Below are positions 38,449 through 50,840 of a stretch of 64,000 nt of DNA, one piece after another. Origin of the DNA: Lingula anatina (taxonomy: Eukaryota > Animalia > Brachiopoda); contig CM120648.1 of assembly GCA_051362555.1 (NCBI GenBank), positions 10,226,587 to 10,290,586 of the forward strand, given 5' to 3'. The stretch's first letter is position 1; every line of letters starts with the position of its first letter. The position numbers and the translations under genes are program-made. The notes under the pieces were generated by a model. The model was not told the origin of the DNA, ran no database searches, and saw only the letters and a program-made list of their open reading frames with translations.

Positions 38449-41400
38449 CTAATACTTAGACAGTCGGAAGATAATGACATCTCTGGGTTTCGGGATATAG
38501 CCGTCCACTCCTAGAATTCAAGAAAAAAATAATTAAGTTAACTACTTAAATCATAAACAATAGTGTATGCATTAATTCACTGAATTATTTATAGTAAACA
38601 TTTACCTTTTTATCCAAGTATACCTGATTTTTTTATGAAAAATTAGTAAAGAGATCTACAAATATGAGACAGACACAAACTAAATATAAAAAAGTTCAAG
38701 TAGCTATACAGGTAGGTACTTATCAGATATAATTTAGATGATTACTAAAATATACAGGACATACAGGAAAAACATAAGCATTAATAAACCAATTAAGTAA
38801 TAGGCCTAACTAATTGAGTAAACAGACAAATAAACTAGATAAATTAAAATCAAGTGCAACAGATTGATAAAGAAAAAAAAATTGATAACTGAACCAACAA
38901 CTATAACATATAATGGATTAATCCAAAATTAGCACAGGTGTAAATATCAATTAAGAGATAAAATTTCGGTTACATACCCACTTGCAATGGGGTGTCTGGT
39001 GCCCTAAGAATTTGCCAATACGTTTTCTTATCTGGATCCTCCGATATGCCGTTGATCTCGGTGATGTAGTGACCAAGAGAGGTGTCCTTAGCTTTGAAAC
39101 TAAAGGCAAGATCAACGAGATTAATGAACGAGCTTGGACATTGTTCGCAATTTTTTCGTCATGATTTTTTAAAATATAAATGTGACTCAATGCCATTATA
39201 CATTATTTGATTTCATTAACAGACCAATAAACTTATATCAATATTATTCACTTCAAAGAGCACACACAGAACAGCTGACTAACAGATCCGCGGTTCATAT
39301 ATTCGCTTCAATTCATTTATGAATTGGTACATGTATTTAGGCGTGCATAGGGTCCATATTTATTATGTCCTGTGCAAATTAAAGCAGTACATTTCTTTAA
39401 ATGTATATGTTAAAAGACAAAATATTTAATCCAAATGAAAGAATTTGTTTTCGCCATTAAGCTGTCATAAACCGTGAAAAAAGAGAACTTTATATTAAAA
39501 AATTGAAAATTAAGCAGCCTACCTGAAATCTGATACTCTTTTCTGAAGAATTTCCATGGAATCGTACAAGGATGATCCTATTGGAACGGTCACATAGTAA
39601 CTCTGGTTTTCACTGTGTCCTTCTATATTAGCAACTACCTGGATGGTGAATGTTAGTTGTGTGGGGGTTGTGGTCGTAGTGGGCGGAGCTTGAGTAGTTG
39701 TGACAGGGGGCGTGGCCTTCTGACAGATCTTGATGTCCCCCAAATCAGCATATGATTTGCCAGCAAGGGCGGGGAGAACCTGATTGGCAGCTGTCACTCC
39801 TCCAAACGATCCATCCGGTTCTGTGGAATTAAAGGGCACTAGTAAGCTATGTATCGAGCTACAATTATAATGTATCCTCGCAATGTAAAAGGTTGTCGCA
39901 AAAAGTTAATAAAAGAAAGAAATTGTCACAACACTGTTAAATGTTATACAAAAAATACATTTAACCCCATATGAATTCAGAATTCAGAAAAAATCTTTTC
40001 TTACGTTGATGGGCAACTAGGGTAAGTTGAGCTTTCTTCTTGATCTGTTTTCGACTGCTCTTATTATCTGCGTACAGAGCCTACAATCACAACGAACATA
40101 TAAATACACGCGCGTGAGCGCAGATTCAGGCATTTATAACACAATGCTGGCTGATTTTATACATGAGCCGTGACAGCAAAAGCGCTAAGAATTACCATAT
40201 GTGTGATAACCCATTCAATTTATTAACTGAATTCAGATTGTTTTGTCTTTCACTGGTATTTGAACAACGACTTGGTTCAATATTAACATGGAAGCAATGT
40301 AAAAAATGTGGGAACCTCGTCATATTTTACACTAAATAGTCTTAGTTGTATATACCTGAACGGCCAGTCCAGTAGTGTATTGGTTGCCAAATGAACCATC
40401 CGGTTTGATATTAGACAGTATATACTGGATCCCGGTGTTGATGGCAGGTATGACGTCAGCGGCCTCGGTCCTGTCTCTCACACAAGACAATGCAGTTACT
40501 GATATTGCAGCTTCATCTAGAAACGGAGACAGGATACGGGAATGAGATTTCAAAGTAGAATAAAAAACCAAAGTGAAAGTGTATGAGAAAAGCTCAAGAC
40601 GGTGACTGGGTTTAAACATGTAAATTAATTGCTTAAATAATCAAACAACCTTTCGGCCAACAGAGCAAAGAATAAAATGAAATAAGACAGTCAAGCCCAA
40701 AAATGCTAAAAAGACAAACATGACAAAAAATGCCATTACCGACTCCGAAAGTATAATTTCCAGCACCATCCACAAGACGTTCGTAGTACGTCTCATTTAT
40801 TGCACCAGAGTTGCACAGAGCTAGCACAGCCCAGCTGTAGGCGAAGTTCTGGTTAAAGTAATACTTGGGAAAGTTGTTCATCTGGTTCATGAGAAGTTCT
40901 ATAAGGCTATGGTCATAGAAATTTGCCGGGTCTTGACAGGTAGACACAAGGCCGTTGATGAACTGGCCAAGTTTCCCACCATACCAGGTGGCAGTGTCCA
41001 AACCTGGGTAGCTGCAACAAAAAGTTTTATTGATTAACGTATTTATTTATTTATTTATTTATTTATTTATCTGTACTTGTCAACCCTGTTTAAAAAACAA
41101 ACCAGGTAGAATTATATCATACAATTTATATTTTAATAAAATAGTTAAATATTAAATATTAGTTAAAACTACCCAGTATATACTGCAGGAAATGTTGCAC
41201 TTTATTGATCAATTTATTTCTAGACAAGTGAATAGACAATTAAAACCAAATAGAATCTTAGACCATAAATAAACCACCCAGCATTTAAAAATTATTAAAA
41301 GTTGGTTGTCAGATATCAACGTACTTGCTAATAGCTGCCAGGAGAACCAAGTTCATTTCCTTGACGCTGGCGACGGTGCTTGGCCTTTTCGGATTATACC

Positions 41401-42332
41401 AGCCATCTCCGTCAGCTAACTGAAGTGCCATGATGGCCTCCCCCTCACTTCGCATGCCCCAACCCCAATCTTCATTTCGGTCCTTAAGCAGCCATCTTAT
41501 TCCTTTCTCTCTCGCCTTGTCAATGTCTGAGTTGGTAAATATTATCGATGTATTATATCAACTTTATATTAGTTTAAATGACGAAAATTTAGTAAATGTG
41601 TGCGTGTGCATGTGTGTTTGTGTAAGGATTTTTAGATACATGTAGCATTAGGCGCATGGCAAAGTCAATGGTAAAAATTTTCTTAAGTGTCACTTATTGT
41701 GCGTAGTCATTCTGACTAAGAAAATAGGTATTTTAACGTTTGGTTGCAAACGAGTTTTCACAAGTCATATCACTCAAACTAATGTTTAGCACTACTCTTA
41801 TTGATGATAATTCTATTCAGTTAATACATATATAGAGAATAAATATGAGATATCTTAAAGTAAAATAATAAGGTTGGGCCGCAGTGTCTGGAGGCAGTGT
41901 TGTTGATGTTAGTTTTTAAAATTGTGCATTCCCTGATTTGAAAGTACAATCAGGATGTCATCAAAAATGTTAATTTTTACTGATACATGCAAACTTCCGT
42001 CAATTATGGCATAAAGAGAAAATAAGTTATAGGTAGTCGTCGCGTAACTACACGCAAGAACGTAAAAATATGCTAGTAAGCAGTTGTTTAATCTTTACTC
42101 TAAATGTGCATTCTTTTCCATATTATCAACGAAGACACACGCCTGATTCTCATTTCAAACACCTTTTGATCATGTATCCCAGCTGTAACATCTTAATATT
42201 TTATCCGAAACACGATGTGTATACAGATGTGTATAGTATGTAATAGGAACGTGCTACTTTGTGAAAAAAAAAACACGTGGCCTGGGAAGTCAAAGTCACA
42301 AATGTAAACAAATGTGAAAAGCCGTATACCCT

Positions 42333-42385
<53 letters not shown>

Positions 42386-43049
42386 GGTTTCTTTTCGAAC
42401 ATCATAGAATTGATCCACAGGCAAAAAGGACATGCATTAAACGTTCCTTAATTAACTGGTCTGTTATACAGTATTGATATAGAATAGCATTTTTTCTTTC
42501 CCACATATCAAGATTTTCATTAATTTAATGTCATGGGAGTGTACATGTACATGTAGTGTTTGATTAGTTCTCCAGCTCAGCGGAATCATCGTGTTTTATT
42601 GGTAAATGATTACCATATATTTACGATTTCGGGCCGAAATCTGTTTTTTAAAGAACGTGGTGAAAAAATTCAAGTGTTGAAAAGACTCGTCCACGATAAT
42701 TGAAAAAAAAAAAAATAATAATGGTAGCAAAGAGGGGGCAGTTACTAGTAGTTGTTGTATCCTCTTGTATAACGGGACATATTTATACAGTAAAAAGAAA
42801 ATGTAAAGGTATATGCATTATATATCATAATTTTGCCACATCGGCTTTCATACAATATTTCTTCCTGTGGTTCATTTTAGATTGAAAAAATAAAAAACAC
42901 TGCATACAAAATATTCGATTTATATAAATTAAATATCAATATTTCTGATTTAAAAATTACGGTTTGAACTAGAGCGTCTTATTCTTCTTACCACTGGGAC
43001 AAAATATGGTGAATCCCAAGGTGCATAAAAGTGCGTAAAAACCCCTCAT
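38449..43049 (-). CDS. Secreted cobalamin-binding protein, copy 3 (~416 aa, 8 exons)
   Basis: Exons 42992..43049, 41325..41526, 40740..41011, 40356..40516, 40005..40080, 39523..39820, 38978..39099, 38449..38510; GT-AG, same phases, 1251 nt. Signal peptide MRGFYALLCTLGFTIFCPS. Confidence 0.92.
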
Positions 43050-43137
43050 AATGTTCCACTTTTCTTTAACTCCGGGTATATGCCTGCAAATATCTACACT
43101 CAAAACACTGACGCGCGTTGATCGGTCTGTAGCTTTC

Positions 43138-43184
43138 TTTTATACCTTTCAAAGAGGATATGCAAACGAGGTGTCACCTGATGT
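43138..43184 (-). promoter_or_regulatory. Promoter of cobalamin-binder copy 3
   Basis: TATAAAA at 43138-43144; plus-strand ATGCAAACGAGGTGTCACCTGATGT. Confidence 0.65.
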
Positions 43185-43195
43185 GTTATCTTTTA

Positions 43196-43415
43196 AGCCC
43201 CCTTTACACTGGACGGCGTCCTTTCTGCGTCCCTTGGTACGGCCCCATTTGAGAGTAAAAAACATTTTTTGCGCCAACAACTGGCCGATCATTGAGCATT
43301 CATTCTGCAATTGCAACCAAAGGGATGCTTGTGCCTCCTTTTTACGACCATAGTGATTCCAGATTCATTGTCGCACAAAGGACGCAGAAAGGGCGCCGTC
43401 CAGTGTAAATGGGCT
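43196..43415. mobile_element. PIF/Harbinger-type MITE inserted in the copy-3 promoter
   Basis: Same TIRs as 6636-6857; TTA on both sides; absent from the promoters of copies 1 and 2. Confidence 0.85.
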
Positions 43416-44395
43416 TTAAAGGAGGTTTTAGAGAAGGAAATGAAGTCTTCACTTTGTCATAAACGTATCCGTATTCAGAATTCACTCAATTATAGGCGGT
43501 GACAAACAGTTTTGCTTCAATTTTTCAATTCTTACTCCAGCAGCTATTAATTGATTATTTGATGAAAAATCAATTAGCTTGGGCTTGATTACCTTGACGA
43601 CAGGCTATGTCGTTGTAATCGATATTGTTTCGATCAGTCTGACCGTCATGGGAGCATGACGTGTTGATTCGTGTGGATATGACTTGCATTATATTGAAAC
43701 TAGCAGGGTTTGATGTCGTTGTCTTTATTCCACTGTCTGTCCATCTTTCTATCCACTTATCTGTTTATCTGCCCTTCCAATTACTTACCTTACCAACAAA
43801 CCTATCTACTCATATCTATAGATCGATCGATTTATCTATCTTTTTATCAATCCATTTACTCAACCATTTATCTAACAATTTTCTCTTTCTACATATTTGC
43901 ACTCTGTCATATAATTATTGTTATTTTAAAGAACATCACTACAGATAATGGCCCTTTTTATTTCGCCGTCAGAAAAGAAAATATATAGGCATGATTTCAT
44001 ACAGAACATAGTAATTTCATAAACCACACAGTCGATTCTTTTTATTTTAAGTCGGTCGGTGTTAACGCAAATAACACTAACATGTTTATACGACATCGTT
44101 TGGAATATTTCTTTTACCGCATCCCGGATCTTTGAAGTCACAGTTCCACAGAAATGGATCACGTTTAACAAACCACAGGTAATAATCAGCTATTTTTGAC
44201 TGAATTTCAAGGTGAATAATTTATATAAATATATATGTGATTCATGACATACTTAACATTTTTGTTGAGGTGATAATGCGTTTCAAGTTAAAGAAAGAAC
44301 TATTAACAAGGTGCATAAATAGTGAGCGTGAATAACGTGTTGTGATTGCGTTTTGTTGTGTCATTGCATTTGTTGTTTGTCGTGCACCTGGTCAT

Positions 44396-44925
44396 CATCA
44401 TCATCATCAAGTGTCAGGCCTGGTGGAGGCATCGACGATCATGGTCCTCTATATAGTTTACTCTATTTTCAGTCGATTGGATGATCTCGTTATTGTACAG
44501 TTGTTGATTTGTTGCGAAGGCATTATAAAGACCATAAATGTATGATATTCCTCGTCTTCCTCTACTTCTTCCCTAAATTTTGAAATGGCTTAGAGATTTC
44601 ATTTGTCTTTTTCTGATTATTTTGATCAATGAGAGTTGTATTCCTGCAAGTTGTAACCCTTCTTTATTGGTCTTTCTTTCTGTCCAAAATATTCTCAACA
44701 ATCTTAGTAATTACCACATGTCGGTAGCTTGCAACTTCTTTTTAATTTTGATAGAGATATCCCAGTATTCACAACCAAACAAGAATACTGACTACACGAA
44801 GGATTTCTATGGTTTAATTATTGTGTTGATAGGGGTGTTTCTATTTTTAGTATTGTGCTAATCTTGTAAAATTTTTGCATTTTGCATCTGATGACAACAT
44901 GCATCTGAAATATTTAAATTGGTAA
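44396..44925 (-). mobile_element. 5'-truncated RTE-clade LINE with (CAT)n tail
   Basis: Decayed frames read FLFGCEYW, WTERKTNKEGL...SLIKIIRKRQMK..H and GRSRGRR; TSD ACCTGGTCAT/ACTTGGTCAT; empty site at ~9900. Confidence 0.8.
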
Positions 44926-45544
44926 ACTTGGTCATGTCATTGTGGTCTCATTCGCGTAACTTACGGATACTAATACGGTAAAATAAGGTCCAAGAAACTG
45001 GAGGTGAAATTTCGCATTTTGTCTAAATGTCTAGTACTTGTGTTCGTCTTCACTTGCTAGAAACCCTTGTATGCCAGAGATGCCCCTTACTTATTCTTGT
45101 TTTAATTTCTGAATGCTTTTTACAATCAAATTACGTCGCGTATTCTCCCTCAGATGCCTCAAAAACAATTGGAAAGCATTTTTAAAAGGCTTTTGTGGTG
45201 TCTTTTTTTCATCGAAACCAACTGCAAGATTTGAAAACCCCATGTATTATAGACTTTTGCCTTGGGGTGAGCAAAAAAGGTCATAGTAGTTTAATGTCCA
45301 AGTTTTCTATACAATCGTATGTTCTCTGTTTTAGGTGCATTTTGGTTACACGTTTGCATTAGCTTGGGAAACATAACAGGTTGAGTAGTATCGTTCAAGT
45401 TTTCGGTTTTGGAAACCACCCTCCCCATATTAATGCCGTTAAGAGAAGGTAGATCTAACCCCGGGTGCATCCAGCATGCTGTGTAGCGACAAACTCTGTT
45501 TATTAAGCTCACAGAATCAAGCGTCCACACTATTTAATAATAAT

Positions 45545-47400
45545 ATGTATTTATTTGCAACTTAAAAACTTAAATTAAAAAAGGATTTTACAATGAAAAC
45601 AAATAGACGTGAGATGCACAATCTTGAAATATACTTGTAAGTGTTAAAATGATTTGATACACATTAAAAGTTCGTAAAAACCTCAGTTCTTAAAATTTGA
45701 TAAAGCCCATGGGATAAAAGTATTTGTCGATCATACAGTCCTCAGTTTTAGCACAGTGTAATTATAAACCCGCGCAAAGTGTAGAAACTTTCATTTACCT
45801 TTGGTAGCAAATGATGGATTTTGTGTCCTTCAGAGTACATGTTATGCAATAATGTTTTAGATAGTTCATCTCTTCTACAAGCAAGAGTGATAAGTTTACA
45901 TGTTTCAAGTGACCCATCATAGGGCAGCTCTGGGAATATAATCTTACATGCTCTAATCAGGATCGATTCAATTTTATCAACTTGTTGTTGTGTGAGACCT
46001 GGGTGCCACACCTGACATGCATATTCTAATGTGGGTCTGATTACTCATGTGTAAAAGCTTACAAGTTCATTGGTTGAAATACCCGCTCTTTTCAGAAGCT
46101 TAAGATTGTGTAGCCTTTTACTTGCTTTTTTACAAATATCACAGATGTGACCTTCCCAGCTCAAATCACTACTGATCCTAACCCCTAAGAAGACAGCAGA
46201 CCCACTCTCTCAATCCTTTGATTATCTACCAATAAGAGTGTAGTTTTGTGTCCTTTTTGGGAGAAATCAAATATGATCTCTTTGGTCTTGGTAGTATTTA
46301 TTGTTAGTTTATTAGCATGGGACCAGAGAGGAAGTTCTGTTGTTGCATCAGTGAAATTGTCTTGTATTTTGGTATTCCCGTAGCTTAGAATTGTGGTATC
46401 ATCTACATATTTGAATGTGTCACATTTGGTGCTCAGATCGTTAATCATAATGACAAATAAAACTGGACCATGTTTTGTGCCTTGTGGTACACCAGCATTA
46501 ATGCATTGCCAGTCTGATTTCACACTGCCCATTTTCACTATTTGTTTCCTCCAGTTATAAAGCTGTAAATCCAGTTTGAAATAATTCCTAGGATACCTAA
46601 TTCAGACCGTTTTTGATAAAGCAGGGTGTGGTCTATTCTATCGAATGCTTTGGTATAATCAACCAAAAGCATTCTGGCATATTGTCCTAGAGTGTCAGTC
46701 TGCCTTGCAATAAGGTCAAAAGCTTCGATCAGTGCGTATGTCGTACAGCTCCCCTTCATGCTGCCGAACTGGACAATATTATTGGTCACAATGTCCCAAA
46801 TCCATTTAACTATAACACCCTCCAATAACTTAGGGAGCACTGGAGTTAGAGATATGGGTGTAATGTTTGTCTCTATGGTCTTTGGGGGAATGCACTTAGG
46901 TAGTGGTGACACATATGCATGTTTCCAGAGTGGTCGGACACATCCTTCACGAACTGATGAGTTGCATATAGCACATACTGGGGCAGCTAGGTACTCTGCT
47001 AGGTCATGTAGGATACAGTTGGGAATTTCGTCGGGACCTGTGGACTTGTGTACGTTTACCTGGAGCAAGGCTTTTTCGACATCTTGTTTTGTGATGATAT
47101 ATGTGGCTGGTACAGGGTCTGCTGCTTCCACGTGTTTCGGTTCAAGTGGCACAAAGCCATTCGTGACAGATTGAAAGAAAGCGTTTATTTTCTGGGCTAA
47201 TAAGCTGAAATCACCATTGCACTCGCTGTTAGCCAAGCCCAGTAAGGAATTATTTTGTGTTGTTTGCCCTGTAAGCAACTTAATGTCTTTCCACCACTGC
47301 CTTGATGTACCGTCAGACAGGACGTTCAGTTTCCCTTCATAGAAGCTTTTCCGAGTTTTGGTAAGTCTGTTTACTCTGTTTCTGTCATGTTCTGTAGAGG
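45545..47400 (-). mobile_element. 5'-truncated, frameshifted CR1/L2-group LINE (reverse transcriptase)
   Basis: KSTGPDEIP, PISLTPVLPKLLE, LVDYTKAFDRIDH, GVPQGTKHGPVLF, KYVDDT and WHPGLT spread across three broken ORFs. Confidence 0.92.
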
Positions 47401-47693
47401 TTAGTCTGATTTCCCATCCAAGCACGTTGTCTCTTCTTAATTAAGTTCCTAAACTGATCATTGAATCATGGCTTTTCATTTATACCGTAATCGTTCATTA
47501 AATAGCATTACAATATCATTAAATATGATTAAAATATCTGCACTGATTTCAACTATTTTTTACTGTGAACGCTCATGGACTATTGTGGTCACACCCATTC
47601 TTTCTGTTATCGTTCAAAAGGCCAATATATTAGTACACAACATGTTGTTTTGTAACTTAAAATACACCCCTTATCAATCATTTTGTACACAAT

Positions 47694-48687
47694 TTAGTTT
47701 CCGTCTGTTGCCTCGACAGACACGCTGCTTTGATCAGACGGAGATTCAATACTATGGCCACTCACCAAGCTTCTTCCGCTACCACCGAAAATATGACTGT
47801 AGTTTTTGTCCTTTCTTAGAACTTTCATGCAATCATCATATTTAAGTTCTTTAAAGATTTTAGAGAGTTTAACAGCATCTCCATTATACACGATATTGAA
47901 TATCGTGTCTATAGTTTCCTCTTTCGTTGACCTGTCATCAGTGCATTGCTTGAGAACATGTCCCAAGCCATTCTTTTCAGCCAACTCGATATATCTGTCA
48001 TCTTGAGCCAACTTTTCTTGCAACTCCTTTATTATTGTACCCTCCAATGTTGTTACTTTGGTGTCAAGCCTGGGGTTCGATTCAGATAGTGGCTGTAAAA
48101 AAGTTGAAATGGTGAAGATTGGTCATTATAATACGTAGTGAAGGTTTCAACACGTTGCATCATTACGTTGTAGTGACGCAGAGTTTAATGTATCAAATAC
48201 GATAAATTCCCTGATGAAGTCTGTCAGGAGACGAAATATTTGCTGGTTAATCTCGCATAATATTTTGCAGTTACTGACAACCGAAACTTAACCTGTTTTT
48301 TTTATTTTTAATTTAAAAATAATATATAGCAACTACGACTGTTTAACATGACAAATGCCATTTCCATTCCAGGTGATGCTTTCATAAGAATGGATTAAAT
48401 AAGGTTTATATTATAATAATGTACTTTTCACGATGCAAAGATCCATATCCATATAGAGATTTCATGAAGAGGAAGAAAGAAAATCCACTCTAAACTCTCT
48501 ACCCTCATATACTTTCAGTGGATATTAAATAAACGTTACCTCGACAACACCGCTGTAAAGGAGAGAAACTATGACGGGCTGAACTGCTTTGTCTTTTTCG
48601 TGTTGTATTGATGCAGTAAATTCAATTTTGTTCGCACTGTCAGGAAGACTGGTAAACGTGAAGTTTGCCTCACAAATAGTGATAAGC
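47694..48687 (-). pseudogene. Remnant paralog of the receptor 3' end: truncated UPA exon + death-domain exon
   Basis: Exons ~48540..48687 (ICEANFTFT...IQHEKDK...VE|GT) and 47694..48092 (DDRYIELAEKNGL...KELKYDDC) align to 55615..55791 and 54585..54980. No ZU5 or TM exons were found upstream. Confidence 0.7.
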
Positions 48688-49067
48688 CTGAGAAGGCAAT
48701 AGTTTCTGATGTACATGTACAGTTAATTCGTGGTATGTACGCATTCGGTAATAGGCCTACAGATAAGGATTCAACCGTTAAAATGGTAGGAAAGGTTTTA
48801 TTGAATTGTATAAAAGGTGGTTAAATATTCAATATGTAAAACAAAGAAAATAGCAGATGCATTGGCTATGAGAATCTGGTAGATGGTTGTAATTTGAAAG
48901 TGTGTGAAGTACAGATAATGCGTGGTACGTACGCATTCTGCGACGCAGACAGGCACGCAACAGCTCATACAATGTATCAAGGCCACGTCACATTGCATTT
49001 TGTGGCTGTGTACACATTTGGACGCTTACAATCGGAAATTTAGCATAATAACAACATTGAAATTTAC

Positions 49068-49251
49068 CTCTGTTACATTTTTTACAAAGCTCATCGATAT
49101 CGTCGGCAAGGCAATGCAATTTCTTGGAGGCTTCTTCAGCGCTTTGAATGAGCTCGCGATGGCCATTTTCCAACTCTTTAGCCAACTCCAAAGGGTCATC
49201 AAGCTCCATTTCTACATCAAACAATTCTTTATCACTACCTAGCTTGGCAGG
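49068..49251 (-). pseudogene. Isolated exon with an apolipoprotein-L-like helical motif
   Basis: ttttag|CCT...AGAG|GTAAAT; PAKLGSDKELFDVEMELDDPLELAKELENGHRELIQSAEEASKKLHCLADDIDELCKKCNR. Its phase-1 donor is incompatible with the next exon. Confidence 0.45.
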
Positions 49252-49554
49252 CTAAAAGGATCAAAACAAAACAAATAAACAACTACAATTACAATACATC
49301 GGGTGTCTGAAAAAGTTACAAATTTAAAAGTTCAACAACTTCAAAATTTGTTCTTAGTAAATGCCCGTAATTTCATGTCAATTTTCAGTTTTGGCACACC
49401 GAAAATATGAGAATCTTTACCTCCGCCAAGGAGGTTATGTTTTCCCACCTGTTTGTCTGTTTGTTTGTTTGTAATCAACATAACTCTAACAGTTATGTCT
49501 GTGTCCAAGATTTAAGCGCTGTGTTAGTGTCACGGCTAGGAAATAAAAAAGTGG

Positions 49555-49990
49555 ACAATATCCCACAAAACAGAATTGTAACCCGTGTTGAAGGCTTGTC
49601 GCGCCGTCTACAGGAAATAATTGCAGTACGCGGTAGACACACACGCTGTTAGGCACGTGATCTTTAATAAGCACACCCTAATGCTAATTGTGTGTGAATT
49701 TGGTGACATTTGATGGCGTCTTTTTAATTTTATAGTCATTTCTTTACATCTTTAGAAGTCACAGTGAAACAGTCGATTTGAGGGGGTACCTCTTATAAAT
49801 TTTACTAAATGGTATAAAATATGTATATTTTCACCACTATTTTGTATTTTTTAAACCATTTATCATGTTAGACACGGTATACGTAAAAAAAAAACACTAT
49901 TTCTAACAATTAACAGCTGTTAGGTGATCATTTGTAAATAAAAGTACATGGAAATGGGGGTGGGACAACCTTTTTGACCAATGCTGTATA
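49555..49990. mobile_element. Partial copy of the Tc1-like MITE family of 61195-61998
   Basis: acaatatcccacaaaacagaattg through ggggtggga...tttttgaccaatg.tg.ata is shared with 61569-62000. Confidence 0.8.
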
Positions 49991-50287
49991 TCTGCTAACA
50001 AACTGACATCTTTTCATCCTTTTGTGTGTTCATGCCCTACTACAGATTTCGAAAGTGGCCCATTTCAAAGAAATTCGATCCATAATCCTGTTCGCCTGTG
50101 GTAAAGTACAAGCCTTGTGTGATCTACATTGTGTGATATCTATTAGCTAGACAGTAGTCTGGAGAACCTGTTAATGTAAGGATATTTAAGAGGACAAATC
50201 TTTGCTCTGGTTTTTTTTTTTGTGGTAACAATAATTAAGAACTACTATATGTAACGTTGTAAAAATCGTACATGTAACTCCAGATAT

Positions 50288-50840
50288 CAGGCCTACCCAA
50301 CTACCAGACTCGGCACCTAAGGATCCTGAATTAACCGGTATATCGGACCACGCTACCCGTTTTCAAGGTGTGTGTCAGATTGCATTTCGGAGTATCATAC
50401 CCCAGAACAAATTTTGCAGCACGACTGCGGGCTCATCCACGCTCGGCTGAACAACCTTTAACTGTACTCTTACTTTAGAGTACTCTATTTTATTGTCTCT
50501 ATGGGGATATATGGGGACTTTACGACATTCGGTTTGAATGTTTTAACCACTTTTGATAGGGCTTTTTTGCATTGTATTAGATTAATGTGGCAGTCTAAGG
50601 TTCATCTAGGTGGCTTTCAAATTTATGCACCCGGTTTTAAAATCATATAGCGATTTTACGACAATCGTTTGCTATCCACTCAAGGTGACAGCCGTGCATG
50701 CCAGGGCTCATCCTGTCGGTGTTCTGGCTGATACTCCGAAATGCGATCTGACACACACACCTTGAAAACGGGTAGTGTGGTCCGATATACCGGTTAATTC
50801 AGGATCCTTAGGTACCGAGTCTGGTAGTTGGGTAGGCCTG
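50288..50840. mobile_element. 553-bp MITE with ~110-bp TIRs and 5-bp TSD
   Basis: CAGGCCTACCCAACTACCAGACTCGG... / ...CCGAGTCTGGTAGTTGGGTAGGCCTG; GATAT on both sides. Confidence 0.9.

Noticed and set aside
42277-43988. Short ORFs built on microsatellite or low-complexity DNA (IYIYIY, SIYLS; also CVCV and poly-G ORFs elsewhere)
   Set aside because: Simple-repeat artefacts.
46538-47425. Reverse transcriptase as a domesticated or defence-associated RT
   Set aside because: 5'-truncated and frameshifted ordinary CR1/L2-group LINE.
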